Assembly (NCBI GenBank): GCA_964403885.1
Contig: CAYOHY010000007.1
Location: forward strand, 5,635-69,634
From: an uncultured Eubacteriales bacterium
GTDB lineage: Bacteria; Actinomycetota; Coriobacteriia; Anaerosomatales; PHET01
Reading direction: 5' to 3'
DNA: 64,000 nt
Positions 17,834-27,625 of the stretch are shown in pieces (position 1 is the first letter of the stretch; the number at the start of each line of letters is the position of its first letter). The position numbers were made by a program, and so were the translations under genes. The notes under the pieces are model-generated. The model worked only from the letters and a program-made list of their open reading frames with translations. It searched no databases and had not been told where the DNA came from.

Positions 17834-19069
17834 GTGGATCCGACACGACTCACATGGCTGGCTTTGATCGCGGGCGCGCTGGCGGCCGGCGCGGCCGTCG
17901 TGGGCATCCTCGTCGTGCGTCGGCGCCTCGAAGTTGTGGTGGCGATCATCGGATCCGTCGGCGCGGTGAGCGCATTCACCGCGTCAGCGAGATTGACCGC
18001 TCACTACGAGCGCCCTGAAGCAGCCGTCTGGTCGCTCGTCTTCGTGTTTGCCGCGGGTGCCGGAGGCTATGCGCTCGCCTCAACGCTTCTGTATCGGCTC
18101 GCTCGCGAGGCGGGTCATCCCACGATGAGCCGCGAGGGAGCCCCCGCACGCGATCGTGCGGCGGTCGTCCTGACCGCCTGCGCCGAGCCGGCTCACTACG
18201 ACCCCGGCGCCACCGCTCAGATGCTGCAGTCGCTGGCCGACGAGGGGCTGCTCGAACCCTCTGTCGGTGCGTTGCCGCTCTTGTTCTTCGGTCAGAAGGC
18301 CCGCTACCGGGCCGCAGGTGACGTGAGTCCCGCTATGGCCGGCCTTCGGGCGGTGGCCGAGCACCTCGAGGAGACTCTCGCGGACACGGCTGATGTGTCG
18401 ACAGCGACGTGCTCGGGCGACGGCTCCCTCGCCGACGTGGTGGCCCTGGCGGCACAGGCCGGGTACCGCCGAATCGTGATCTGCGTGCTCGCCGTGGGAG
18501 AGTCCATGCACATGGACATGGCGCGCGGCGCAGTGGAACAGCTTCGCCTGGGCGAGTCCGGGGTGACGGTCGTCTCCACGGGCGCCCTGTGGTCATCCGA
18601 ACGGATCATCTCGGCCCTCACCCAACGCATCATGCACGGCGTGGATGACCCGGCCGCCACAGGGGTCGTGCTGGTCGGCCACGGGCAACCGGAGGAGCGA
18701 GCGAGAAGACACCGCTCCTTCGACGAGCAGGAGATGGCGTTTCTGAGCAGGCTTCGGATGGCCCTGGCCGATCGAGGACTGTCCGAGGACTGGGTGCGCA
18801 TCGCATGGGACGACTGGACCGAGCCCGACGTCACCTCGGCGGTCAGGCACCTTGCGGCGCTGGGCGCGAAGCGCGTTCTCGTGGTACCGGCGACGTTTCC
18901 TCTCGACACGCTCGGGACTCGGCTCGACCTTGAGATCGCAGTCCGTCAGGCCCGAGTGAACGAGGGCGTCGCAGTCATCACGATGGCGGCATGGCGCGAC
19001 AGTGACGCGGTGATCGAGGAGTTGCGCAGCCGAGTAATAGCCGCGCTGGAAACACCAGCGGGCGCCTAG
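17834..19069 (+). CDS. Membrane-anchored class-II-chelatase-like protein (ferrochelatase/CbiX-like fold, divergent)
   Basis: Start set at GTG 17834, with GGGAGGAG 6 nt upstream. About 3 N-terminal TM helices. A soluble part follows, with VVLVGHGQP, RVLVVPATFPLDTLGTRLDLEI and overall two-lobe colinearity with ferrochelatase/CbiX as I recall them. Assignment is tentative. Confidence 0.5.
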   Translation: MDPTRLTWLALIAGALAAGAAVVGILVVRRRLEVVVAIIGSVGAVSAFTASARLTAHYERPEAAVWSLVFVFAAGAGGYALASTLLYRLAREAGHPTMSREGAPARDRAAVVLTACAEPAHYDPGATAQMLQSLADEGLLEPSVGALPLLFFGQKARYRAAGDVSPAMAGLRAVAEHLEETLADTADVSTATCSGDGSLADVVALAAQAGYRRIVICVLAVGESMHMDMARGAVEQLRLGESGVTVVSTGALWSSERIISALTQRIMHGVDDPAATGVVLVGHGQPEERARRHRSFDEQEMAFLSRLRMALADRGLSEDWVRIAWDDWTEPDVTSAVRHLAALGAKRVLVVPATFPLDTLGTRLDLEIAVRQARVNEGVAVITMAAWRDSDAVIEELRSRVIAALETPAGA

Positions 19070-19788
19070 CGGGCCTTGCAGCGCTCCCAGTTCCACGACT
19101 GCAGCTGGCGAATGCGCGGATAGTTGCGCGCGAGGCGCCACACGAACGACAGACCCTCGGGCGTGGATGCCGCTCGCGTCTCAAGTGCAGCGATGCTCGC
19201 ACGCAGGTCCTCGGCGGTCGTCCCGCGAAAGATCGTGTAGCCCTTGCCCACCGCCTCGACGTAGTGAGCGTCACTACCACCCGTCGCGGCGATGCCGTGC
19301 CCACCGGCAAACATCTTGGCGGCGACGCTGTTGGCCCACACGAGGAACGGCAGCGAGTTGTAGACCTCAAGCGCGTGAAACGCCCAGTCATTGACCGCGC
19401 TCGCGAAGAACTTGCGCCCAAACGGTCCGAAGACGCCCTGGTTCGAGAAGGGGTGGGCGACGATCGCGATGCCGCCCTGCGCCTCGATCGCGGCAACAGT
19501 GTCACGCGCTTCCATCCCGGCCGGCACGTGCTCGGTGAGATACAGGCCGATGATATGGCCCTGCTTGGAGGAGACCTCCTCGCCCACGATCACCTCGAAG
19601 TCATAGAGCTCCGAGAGCGACTTGGCGAAGAGCGCGCCTTCGATGGTGTTGTGATCGGTGATCGCGATGACCTTGAGGTCCGTGCGGTTCTGCACGTACT
19701 CCATGATCTGGGGAATGGATGCGGTTCCATCCGAATGGTCGGAGTGGATGTGGAGATCCGCCTTGCTCCAGGTATCGGCTGTACTCAC
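19066..19788 (-). CDS. PHP-domain metal-dependent phosphoesterase
   Basis: ADLHIHSDHSDGT motif, later ITDHN and GGSDAH. Start uncertain: GTG 19788 is preferred (GAGGGGA upstream) over the track's TTG at 19854. Confidence 0.75.
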   Translation of the reverse strand: MSTADTWSKADLHIHSDHSDGTASIPQIMEYVQNRTDLKVIAITDHNTIEGALFAKSLSELYDFEVIVGEEVSSKQGHIIGLYLTEHVPAGMEARDTVAAIEAQGGIAIVAHPFSNQGVFGPFGRKFFASAVNDWAFHALEVYNSLPFLVWANSVAAKMFAGGHGIAATGGSDAHYVEAVGKGYTIFRGTTAEDLRASIAALETRAASTPEGLSFVWRLARNYPRIRQLQSWNWERCKAR

Positions 19789-19947
19789 GTGGTGCCGTGT
19801 CCCCTCGCCCCGGGGCCGCGGCGCGACCCCACTGAATGCTACGGGGTAAAGCAAGCAAAGGACGAACCAAGTGCCGCCGCTCCCTGCCTTCCCACACAGA
19901 GGTATCGGCGGGTGGTCAGTCTGCCTGCATCAGGTTTTTCGGAAGTC

Positions 19948-21111
19948 CTACCGAGACTGACGCGAACCCCACTCGGCGATACGTCGCGCGCCCTCTTCCA
20001 GGCGCTCCATCGACGTCGCGTAGCTGAAGCGCAAGAAGCCCTCGCCACCCGGACCAAAGTCGACGCCGGGCGCGCAGGCGACCCCGGCCTCTTCGAGCAT
20101 CCTGCGACACAGGTCGAGCGAGTCACTCCCCCACGCCGAGGCATCGGCGAAGACATAGAACGCCCCGCATGGCTCGCAGTCGATCCTGAGCCCCGCCTCG
20201 CGCAAAGCCGGGACCAGGAAACGGCGGCGCTCGTCGTAGAGCTCACGCATGCGGGTCACGTCGGGTCCCGCCTGTGTGAGCGCGACCACGCCGGCCTGCT
20301 GCACGAAGGCGTTCGCGGCGAGGAAGAAGTTCTGCTGGATCTTCTCGGCGGGGCGCACGAACTCTCGCGGCGCGATGAGATAGCCCAGTCGCCACCCGGT
20401 CATGGCGTACGCCTTGGAGAAGCCGTTGAGCACGAAGGCGCGATCCGTGTACTCGAGGATGGTGTGGTCGGGCCCACAGAAGTTCAGTCCGTGATAGATC
20501 TCGTCACTGGCGATGTAGACGCCGGTCTCCTCGGCGAGCTGAGCGAGCGCCTTCATGTCGTCGGGTGAGAGCACGTGGCCCGTGGGATTGCTAGGCGAGG
20601 TGATCATGATGGCGCGAGTGCGCGGGCCGATGGCGGCGCGCAACTCGTCGAGCCGGTAGCGGAAGCCCTCGTCGGCGTGGGTCCGGATGAGCTTGGGGAC
20701 GCCGCCCAGGAACGACACGTAGTTGGGGTAGGCCGGGTAGCACGGGTCCGGCATGACGACCTCGTCGCCCGGGTCGAGCAGGGCGCCGAAGAGCAGCAGC
20801 ATGGCCGGCGAGGTGCCCTGGGTGACCACGATGTCGTCCGGGTCGACCGAGACGCCGTAGGTGGCGCCGTAGTGCGCCGTGATGGCATCGCGCAGGTCGG
20901 GCAGGCCGAGCGACTGGGTGTAGTGCGTGCTGCCGTCCTGCATCGCGGTCTCGGCCGCACGCGTGATCACGTCCGGCGTGGGGAAATCAGGGTCACCGAT
21001 CTCGAGCCGAACGATGTCTCGGCCTTGAGACTCGAGCTCCTTGGCGCGGGCGACGACATCCATGACGACGAACGGCCGGATGGCCTGGGCGCGTGCGGAG
21101 ACCGGGGTCAC
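19948..21111 (-). CDS. Class I/II PLP-dependent aminotransferase (aspartate/aromatic type)
   Basis: PLP-lysine motif SKAYAMTGWRLGY, NPTG, and a typical length of 387 aa. The ATG overlaps the stop of the upstream radical-SAM gene (ATGA). Confidence 0.85.
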   Translation of the reverse strand: MTPVSARAQAIRPFVVMDVVARAKELESQGRDIVRLEIGDPDFPTPDVITRAAETAMQDGSTHYTQSLGLPDLRDAITAHYGATYGVSVDPDDIVVTQGTSPAMLLLFGALLDPGDEVVMPDPCYPAYPNYVSFLGGVPKLIRTHADEGFRYRLDELRAAIGPRTRAIMITSPSNPTGHVLSPDDMKALAQLAEETGVYIASDEIYHGLNFCGPDHTILEYTDRAFVLNGFSKAYAMTGWRLGYLIAPREFVRPAEKIQQNFFLAANAFVQQAGVVALTQAGPDVTRMRELYDERRRFLVPALREAGLRIDCEPCGAFYVFADASAWGSDSLDLCRRMLEEAGVACAPGVDFGPGGEGFLRFSYATSMERLEEGARRIAEWGSRQSR

Positions 21112-22391
21112 GAGGGATCCTTTCGTGGGAGACGTGCACGATAGACGGCGGAAGCGGCGTTGCCCAACGTCTCGAGGCGCCGCAGGTCTGCGAATGCGAT
21201 GTCGCGGGTCTGGATGAGCTCGTGCGGCGGCAGAGGGTCGAAGGTCAAGCCGAGCTCACCGGCGCGCTCCCACAGATCCGTGCCGGGCAGCACATGGAGG
21301 GTGGACAGCTGTACCTTGCCCGGGTCGGCGTCGAACGCGAAGTCCATGCCCTGCAGCACGCTGTCGACGGTGTCGCCGGGAAGTCCCACGATGAGGTCGC
21401 ACTCGACCGATATGCCCGCGCGTCTGCATGCTTCGACGCCGGCACGGAAGCGCTCCGGATCGAACTCGCGGCGGCACGTGGCCAGTGCGGCCGCCCCCAC
21501 GGACTGCGGACCCGTCTCGACGCTCACCACGCCGGCGCGCACCAGGTGGGCGGCCTGCTCGTCGTCAACGCGCTCGATGTCGACCTCGATCGTGTGTAGC
21601 CGGACCCCGCGGGCCGCCCAGGGCTCGAGGATGTCGGCGAGGCGTGCCAGGCGATCAGGCGTGAGGTTGAACACCGGGTCGATGAAGCTGAAGGCGCGCA
21701 TGCCGGGCGTCGAGGCGACCGCTTCGATGTCAGCGGCGATGCGCTCCCATGAGAACGAACGGATCCGCGTGGAGCCCTTGCCCTCATAGCAGTATCCGCA
21801 TCGGTGAGGGCACCCGCGGTAGGTCTCGACATAGGCGGAGCCGTCGGTCGCGTGCGTCGCACCCTGGAACGGCGATGGCAGTGTGTCAAGGTCGGCGATC
21901 GGCTCGAGCAGCGGGCCGTCCACGATGCGATCGCCGTCGCGGGCGGTCACCCCCGGCACCGCGCACGGGTCCCCGCCGCGACTCAGCGCGTGGACCAGCT
22001 CGCGGAAGGCGATCTCGCCCTCACCGGTCACCACGGCGTCGAGCCACGGCTGGGCACCCAAAACATCACGAGCGATGGGACCGACCTCCGGGCCACCCAC
22101 CACGACGTAGGTCTGGGGGTTGGCGAGCTTCACGATGCGGGCGATCTCGTACACGCGCGTGGCGGTCCAACACAACACCGGCAGCGCGAGCACATCGGGG
22201 CGCGGGTCGAGCGCAAGGATGCGGTGGGCGACCCACCACGGATCGGTGCGCGTGTCGAACTCGGCCCCAAGGACGGCCACACGATCGAGGCGAGGGTCAG
22301 CGAGAAGCGATGCGCGCAAGTACTGCATCGCGAGCGAGCGATAGCCCGGCGAGCTCACGCCGGCCAGGTAGACGCCCAGACGATCACCCAT
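21108..22391 (-). CDS. Class B (cobalamin-binding domain) radical SAM enzyme
   Basis: N-terminal Rossmann-like B12-binding region (YVVVGGPEVG...VVTGEGE), then the radical SAM cluster motif YRGCPHRCGYCYEG. Start set at ATG 22391 (MGDRLGVYLAG), an 8-nt overlap with the upstream gene. Confidence 0.8.
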   Translation of the reverse strand: MGDRLGVYLAGVSSPGYRSLAMQYLRASLLADPRLDRVAVLGAEFDTRTDPWWVAHRILALDPRPDVLALPVLCWTATRVYEIARIVKLANPQTYVVVGGPEVGPIARDVLGAQPWLDAVVTGEGEIAFRELVHALSRGGDPCAVPGVTARDGDRIVDGPLLEPIADLDTLPSPFQGATHATDGSAYVETYRGCPHRCGYCYEGKGSTRIRSFSWERIAADIEAVASTPGMRAFSFIDPVFNLTPDRLARLADILEPWAARGVRLHTIEVDIERVDDEQAAHLVRAGVVSVETGPQSVGAAALATCRREFDPERFRAGVEACRRAGISVECDLIVGLPGDTVDSVLQGMDFAFDADPGKVQLSTLHVLPGTDLWERAGELGLTFDPLPPHELIQTRDIAFADLRRLETLGNAASAVYRARLPRKDPS

Positions 22392-23091
22392 CCACAGCCA
22401 CCGTCCTCCAAGGCGCTGTGAGCTGGAGCGGCGACGCGCCGGCAACGCGACCGGTCACGAATCCATGCAGCCCGTTGACCGTGGCGGTCTCAAGCGCGAC
22501 AAGCGCGGCTTCGCGGGCCGCAGGCGCATCGGACGTCACATCGAGCCTTGCCGCGACCGCGCCCAGCTCGGCGAGCACCGCGACGGCTGCAGCTGCGTGC
22601 GCTGCCGTGTGCGCGCAGATCGGCACTATGCCCGTGATCGCCACGGACTCGCCCGACGACTCCGCGTACGCGCGAAACGCCGCGATCCCGTTGCGCGCCG
22701 CGTCGAACAGGCCGGGAGCCCCGGTCAGCGAGTCGTGGACAGACGCCGTCCCGGCAAGCAGCACGAGTTCGATGTGTCGCACCCCCGCGCCAAACGCGCC
22801 GGCAGCGTTCCCGCCCACGCCCAAAGCGCCGCCATCCGTGCGCAGACGTATGCGCTGCGCACCGGAGTCGACCGCCCCACCGATGAGCGCGGGGAGCTCC
22901 GGATGGGCGAACGGCTCGAACCCGACGAACCCCACGTTGAGTCCGCTAGACCAAACCGAGTCTGCACGCGCCGCCTGAAGGTCAGCGAGGACCGCGTGCG
23001 ACGGACGCGCATCGCGCTGAGCGCCGCCGGGACAACGTGAACAGCGCGCCACTCCCCCGGTGCCTATGGGTACTTCGAGAAACGACAGCAC
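22384..23091 (-). CDS. Radical-SAM-fold-like protein lacking the canonical CxxxCxxC cluster motif (possible pseudoenzyme/partner subunit)
   Basis: Colinear with the radical-SAM core pattern (VGFVGFEPFAHPELPALI...IRLRTDGGAL...HIELVLLAGTASVHDSLTGAPGLFDAARNGIAAF), but the N-terminus has only RCSRCPGG and GGEP is GFEP. GTG start with GAGGAAGGGG upstream. Confidence 0.5.
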   Translation of the reverse strand: MLSFLEVPIGTGGVARCSRCPGGAQRDARPSHAVLADLQAARADSVWSSGLNVGFVGFEPFAHPELPALIGGAVDSGAQRIRLRTDGGALGVGGNAAGAFGAGVRHIELVLLAGTASVHDSLTGAPGLFDAARNGIAAFRAYAESSGESVAITGIVPICAHTAAHAAAAVAVLAELGAVAARLDVTSDAPAAREAALVALETATVNGLHGFVTGRVAGASPLQLTAPWRTVAVDG

Positions 23092-23127
23092 GGACCCACC
23101 CCTTCCTCGACCCAGTCTAGCAACAGG

Positions 23128-25293
23128 TCAGGGCAGACGCAGGGCGACAACCGCGATGTCGTCGGTGAGCAGGCCCTCGGTGAATGCCAGCACGTGCCCG
23201 AGGAGACGTGCCGGCAGCTCGTCGACGTCCGCGTCGGGGCACTGTCCGAGAAAGTCGATGAGGCGCTCATCGCCAAAGAACTCGCCGCTCGACCGACGCG
23301 CCTCGGTGATACCGTCGGTGACCAAGACGACGCGATCGCCCGGCGACAGCGTGAGCGACTCCTCGGTGAACTCCAGATCGGGGAAGGCGCCTATGACCGG
23401 CGACCCGCATGAGGGGCGCTCGATGGACCCATCGGCGCGCACGAGCACCATCGCAGGGTGCCCGGCGCAGGTGTAGGCCACCGAGCCTGAGTCCGGCTCG
23501 ATCACGAGCAGCAGGACGCTGGCGAACTCCGGGAGCTTCGCGGCGGCGGAGAGTACCTTGTTGGCCCGCTCGACGATGAGCGCCGGAGAGGTGTCGACGT
23601 AGGCGAACGCCCGCACGGTGTGCTTGACGAGCGCTGTGAGAACAGCGGCGTCGAGCCCCTTGCCCGACACGTCTCCGATGAGCACGCCCACGCGTCCGTC
23701 TGTCATGGGCACGACATCGTAGAAGTCGCCACCCACGCGCGTGCTCAGCGTCGCCGAGCGATAGAGGAAGCCTATCTCGAGCCCCGACGCGCTCGAGTCC
23801 ACGCGCAGCATGGACTCCTGGAGCGTCTCGGCGATGCGGTGCTCTGACTCGTACTCGCGGGCGCTCGTGTACGCCAGCGAGAGCGATGACGACAGCCGGC
23901 GGATGAAGCCGAGAGCGGGCTCGTCGTAGCCCGGCGCCACACCGCGGCGCCCGAACACGAGGGCTCCGAACCAGGCACCTGCCACGACCACCGGCACGAC
24001 GACCGCCTCGTCACATCCGATCCCGTCGAGCAGCCACTCCCCCGTCCCGGCAGATCGCGACACCTGGACCACCGGAAGGCTGCCGTGAACGTCTGGCACA
24101 CGATCGGGATGACCGGGCAGGGTGAGCGCTGTCACCTCGGTTCCCATGGCGTGCAGCACCTCGAAACGGTCACCCTGGTAGTCGCCGATGACGGCGACGT
24201 GTGAGTCGAGGGCCTCCGCAGCGATCTCGAGCACGGCAGGCAACGCCGAGTCGAGCTCATGTGTCGCAGCAAGGAGAGATGACGCTTCCGACAGCGCCGC
24301 ATCGAGACGCCGCGCACGCGCCGTCGCCTCGAACCGCTGGGCACCGGCTATGGCGCTCATGATGCGGTCGGCGGCCACTTGCAGCATCAGAAGCTCGCCC
24401 TCCGAGGAGAGCCGGTCGTGGGTCCACGCACACTCCAACACGCCGAAGAGATCGCCCTCGAAGTACAGCGGGACCCCCACCATGGCCCTCAGCCCGAAGT
24501 GCGCGTGGAATGGGATCGTCGTCGGCTGCTCGGTGACATCGGAGACGGCCAGCGGTTCGCCGGCGGCAGCCACCATCGACGCGAAGCCCTCATCGAGCCC
24601 CATGACGAAGTCGGCGAGGTCCGCATCGGTCCCACCGCACCATGCGGCCATGCGCCACCGCGTGGGCTCGCGCCGGAGGAACAGCACGGAGCTCGCGCCG
24701 AGAACCTCCTTCAGCGCGCCGAGCACCTCCTCGAGCAGGCCACTGACGTCGGTCCACCCGACGGTGCGGGACACGATCGTGAGCAGTCCGTCCAGCTGGC
24801 GGTTCGCGACCTCAAGATCCTCGAGAAGCGCGGACCGCTCGGCATCTCGCAATGCGCGCCCGGAGACATCCCGCACCACCGACAAAAGGTAGTCGCGGTC
24901 GTTGATCTGGAGGCCGCGAGAGCTCACCTCAGCGACAAAGGTCGACCCGTCAGCCCGCCGGTGCGCCGTCTCGAACAAAAGGCCGTCAGAGTTCGCTGTG
25001 CGCATCTGAAGCGGGAGCAGGTCAAGGGTCTCATCAGCGCGCAGGTCGCGGATGTTCAGCGTCTCGAGCACGGCCGCCGGGTGGCCATACGCGTTCTCGG
25101 CGGCGGCGTTGGCGAAGACGAGGCTTCCCGACGTGTCCATGAGTAGCACGATGTCACGGGCGTGCTCGGCCAACGCACGACCGATCGCCGCAGCGAACTC
25201 GGAGCGAGCGCCGATGCCCTCGCCCGTCGTACCAACCCATGCATCCACACCGAACTCCCTGCCTCGCGCAGCTTGGACAGCAGTGTAGCGCAC
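23128..25293 (-). CDS. Cytoplasmic PAS-GAF-GAF-PP2C (SpoIIE/RsbU-type) phosphatase
   Basis: PAS-like region (IVLLMDTSGSLVFANAAAENAYG), two GAF-like blocks, and PP2C motifs GGDFYDVV and GDVSGKG. GTG start; the exact start is uncertain. Confidence 0.85.
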   Translation of the reverse strand: MRYTAVQAARGREFGVDAWVGTTGEGIGARSEFAAAIGRALAEHARDIVLLMDTSGSLVFANAAAENAYGHPAAVLETLNIRDLRADETLDLLPLQMRTANSDGLLFETAHRRADGSTFVAEVSSRGLQINDRDYLLSVVRDVSGRALRDAERSALLEDLEVANRQLDGLLTIVSRTVGWTDVSGLLEEVLGALKEVLGASSVLFLRREPTRWRMAAWCGGTDADLADFVMGLDEGFASMVAAAGEPLAVSDVTEQPTTIPFHAHFGLRAMVGVPLYFEGDLFGVLECAWTHDRLSSEGELLMLQVAADRIMSAIAGAQRFEATARARRLDAALSEASSLLAATHELDSALPAVLEIAAEALDSHVAVIGDYQGDRFEVLHAMGTEVTALTLPGHPDRVPDVHGSLPVVQVSRSAGTGEWLLDGIGCDEAVVVPVVVAGAWFGALVFGRRGVAPGYDEPALGFIRRLSSSLSLAYTSAREYESEHRIAETLQESMLRVDSSASGLEIGFLYRSATLSTRVGGDFYDVVPMTDGRVGVLIGDVSGKGLDAAVLTALVKHTVRAFAYVDTSPALIVERANKVLSAAAKLPEFASVLLLVIEPDSGSVAYTCAGHPAMVLVRADGSIERPSCGSPVIGAFPDLEFTEESLTLSPGDRVVLVTDGITEARRSSGEFFGDERLIDFLGQCPDADVDELPARLLGHVLAFTEGLLTDDIAVVALRLP

Positions 25294-25394
25294 GCGGGTT
25301 ACCGGAGTGTTGCAGACAGGCTTCGGAGCGCGGAGCCGCGACCATAACGCAACAGCGGCCCCCTCCCTCTCGGGAAAGAGCCGCTGGTCAGTTC

Positions 25395-25480
25395 TGGTGT
25401 CGGAGGAGGGATTTGAACCCTCACGTCCTTGCGGACACTAGGCCCTCAACCTAGCGCGTCTGCCGTTCCGCCACTCCGAC
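25395..25480 (-). tRNA. tRNA-Leu (anticodon GAG), CCA encoded
   Basis: The minus strand reads GTCGGAGTGGCGGAACGGCAGACGCGCTAGGTTGAGGGCCTAGTGTCCGCAAGGACGTGAGGGTTCAAATCCCTCCTCCGACACCA. It has a 7-bp acceptor stem, the anticodon stem-loop CTAGG-TTGAGGG-CCTAG, a long variable arm and the T-arm GAGGG-TTCAAAT-CCCTC. Confidence 0.9.
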
Positions 25481-25545
25481 GTATTCACTGCTATCTGTGG
25501 GACAGCGAGCGAAAGTGTAGCACCTGCTTTCGGGCTTCGCTAGCC

Positions 25546-26625
25546 CTATTTCACGCTCTTTTCGACGACCGCGTCGAGGACGGAATCGTCGACGATCTTG
25601 GTGTCGATGGCCGACACGTCGATGGGGTACGACTTCGCGAAATGGCAGGCGGCCATGTGTCCGTCGCCCACCGAGCACAGCTCCGGCTCCTGCTCCGCGC
25701 AGAGCGGGAACTGGGCGATGGGGCAGCGCGTGTGGAAGTGGCACCCGGTGGGAGGATCGATCGGCGAAGGCGGATCGCCCTGCAGCAGGATGCGCTGACG
25801 CTTGCGCTGCGCCTCAGGATCGGGCAGCGGCACAGCCGACAGCAGCGACTGCGTGTAGGGGTGGTGCGGACGCTCGTACAGCCCGCGCCAGTCGCTGATC
25901 TCGACGATCTTGCCCAGGTACATGACGGCGACGTTGTCGGAGATGTGCTGGACCACCGACAGGTCATGGGCGATGAACACGTACGCGAGGCCCAGCTCAT
26001 CCTGCAGCTTGTCGAGCAGGTTGAGCACCTGTGCCTGGATAGAGACGTCGAGTGCCGAGACGGGCTCGTCGCACACGATGAGCTTGGGGTCCAAAGCCAG
26101 GGCGCGGGCGATGCCGATGCGCTGGCGCTGGCCACCCGAGAACTCGTGGGGGTAGCGGCGGATGTGCTCGGGGTTGAGGCCGACGATCTCGAGCAGGTTC
26201 TTGGCCTTCGCGATCCGCTCGGCCTTGGTGCCGATGCCGTGGATGGTGAGCGGCTCGGTGATGACCTCGCCGATCGTGAAGCGCGGGTTCAGGCTCGCGT
26301 AGGGGTCCTGGAAGATGATCTGCACGTCTCGGCGGAACTGCTTGAGAGCAGCGCCCTTGAGCGACAGGACATCCTTGCCCTCGAACGTGACCTGTCCCGA
26401 GGTGGGCTCGATCAAGCGCATGAGCGCGCGGCCGGTGGTGGACTTTCCGCAACCGGACTCACCCACGAGGCCCAGCGTCTTGCCCGAGTCGACCGAGAAC
26501 GAGACCCCGTCGACCGCTTTGACACTCCCCTTCGCGCGCGAGAACGCACCCGTCTGCACAGTGAAGTACTTCTTCAGGTCGGTGACCTCGAGAAGGTTGC
26601 TCATCAGGCGCTCACCCCCGCACAC
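25546..26625 (-). CDS. Peptide (Opp/Dpp-type) ABC transporter ATP-binding protein
   Basis: Walker [10 protein letters not shown], signature FSGGQRQR, Walker [13 protein letters not shown], and a C-terminal oligopeptide-type Cys-rich extension. Confidence 0.9.
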   Translation of the reverse strand: MCGGERLMSNLLEVTDLKKYFTVQTGAFSRAKGSVKAVDGVSFSVDSGKTLGLVGESGCGKSTTGRALMRLIEPTSGQVTFEGKDVLSLKGAALKQFRRDVQIIFQDPYASLNPRFTIGEVITEPLTIHGIGTKAERIAKAKNLLEIVGLNPEHIRRYPHEFSGGQRQRIGIARALALDPKLIVCDEPVSALDVSIQAQVLNLLDKLQDELGLAYVFIAHDLSVVQHISDNVAVMYLGKIVEISDWRGLYERPHHPYTQSLLSAVPLPDPEAQRKRQRILLQGDPPSPIDPPTGCHFHTRCPIAQFPLCAEQEPELCSVGDGHMAACHFAKSYPIDVSAIDTKIVDDSVLDAVVEKSVK

Positions 26626-27623
26626 GACAAGACGTTACGGGTGAAATCAGCCTCGCCGGCGAAGTGGCAGGCGGTGGTGTGACCTTCCTCGATGGTGCGC
26701 AACTCGGGAACCTCCGTGCGGCAGCGATCCTTGGCATACGGGCAGCGCGGGTGGAATGCGCACCCGTTGGGCCGGTTCACGAGGCTGGGCGGCTGACCCT
26801 TGATGGGGCACAGCTCGCTCTTCTCGGAGATGTCATGGCGCGGAAGCGAGTCCATCAGACCCCAGGTGTAGGGGTGCAGCGGACGGTAGAAGACCTGGTC
26901 GCACGTGCCGAACTCGACCGGCTTGCCCGCGTACATGACGAGGATCTTGTCGGCCATGTCGGCGACAACACCCAGGTCGTGCGTGATCATGATGATCGCG
27001 GAACCGGTGCGCTCCTGGATCTCTTGCATGAGCTCGAGGATCTGCGCCTGGATAGTCACGTCAAGAGCCGTGGTGGGCTCGTCGGCGATCAGGATGTCCG
27101 GGTCACAGGCGAGCGCCATGGCGATCATGACTCGCTGGCGCATACCGCCGGAGAACTGGTGCGGGTAGTCCTTCACACGGCTCTCGGCGTGCGGGATGCC
27201 CACGAGCTTGAGCAGCGCGACCGCGCGGTCCCACGCCTCGGCCTTGGACATGCCCTTGTGGACCATGAGCGGCTCGGCGAGCTGACGGCCGATGCGATAC
27301 ACGGGGTTGAGCGAGGTCATGGGGTCCTGGAAGATCATCGCGATCTCGTTGCCCCGGACCTTGCGCATCTCGTTCTCAGGCATGGTGACGAGCGAGCGGC
27401 CCTTGAACCGCACGTCGCCGCCCTCGATCTTGCCGGGGGGCATGGGGATGAGCCCCATCATGGTCAGCGCGTGCACCGACTTGCCGGAGCCCGACTCGCC
27501 CACCACGCCCAGCGTCTCGCCGCAGTCGAGGTTGTAGGTGACGCCGTCGACGGCTTTGACCACACCGTCGCGGGTGTGGAAGTACATCTTGAGGTTGTCG
27601 ACCTCGAGTAGTCTGTCGCCCAT
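26604..27623 (-). CDS. Peptide (Opp/Dpp-type) ABC transporter ATP-binding protein
   Basis: Walker A GESGSGKS, signature FSGGMRQR, Walker [13 protein letters not shown], and the C-terminal [10 protein letters not shown] motif. Confidence 0.9.
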   Translation of the reverse strand: MGDRLLEVDNLKMYFHTRDGVVKAVDGVTYNLDCGETLGVVGESGSGKSVHALTMMGLIPMPPGKIEGGDVRFKGRSLVTMPENEMRKVRGNEIAMIFQDPMTSLNPVYRIGRQLAEPLMVHKGMSKAEAWDRAVALLKLVGIPHAESRVKDYPHQFSGGMRQRVMIAMALACDPDILIADEPTTALDVTIQAQILELMQEIQERTGSAIIMITHDLGVVADMADKILVMYAGKPVEFGTCDQVFYRPLHPYTWGLMDSLPRHDISEKSELCPIKGQPPSLVNRPNGCAFHPRCPYAKDRCRTEVPELRTIEEGHTTACHFAGEADFTRNVLSCAGVSA

Positions 27624-27625
27624 CG

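Noticed and set aside
19066-19069. Convergent genes (chelatase-like on the plus strand, PHP on the minus strand) share a palindromic CTAG, so their stop codons overlap.
   Set aside because: This is a curiosity of compact genomes with no functional implication that I can support.
25294-25545. Checked the tRNA-Leu flanks for an integrated element (integrase, direct repeat of the tRNA 3' end).
   Set aside because: No integrase or recombinase gene and no repeat of the tRNA 3' segment were seen. The neighbours are ordinary chromosomal genes.
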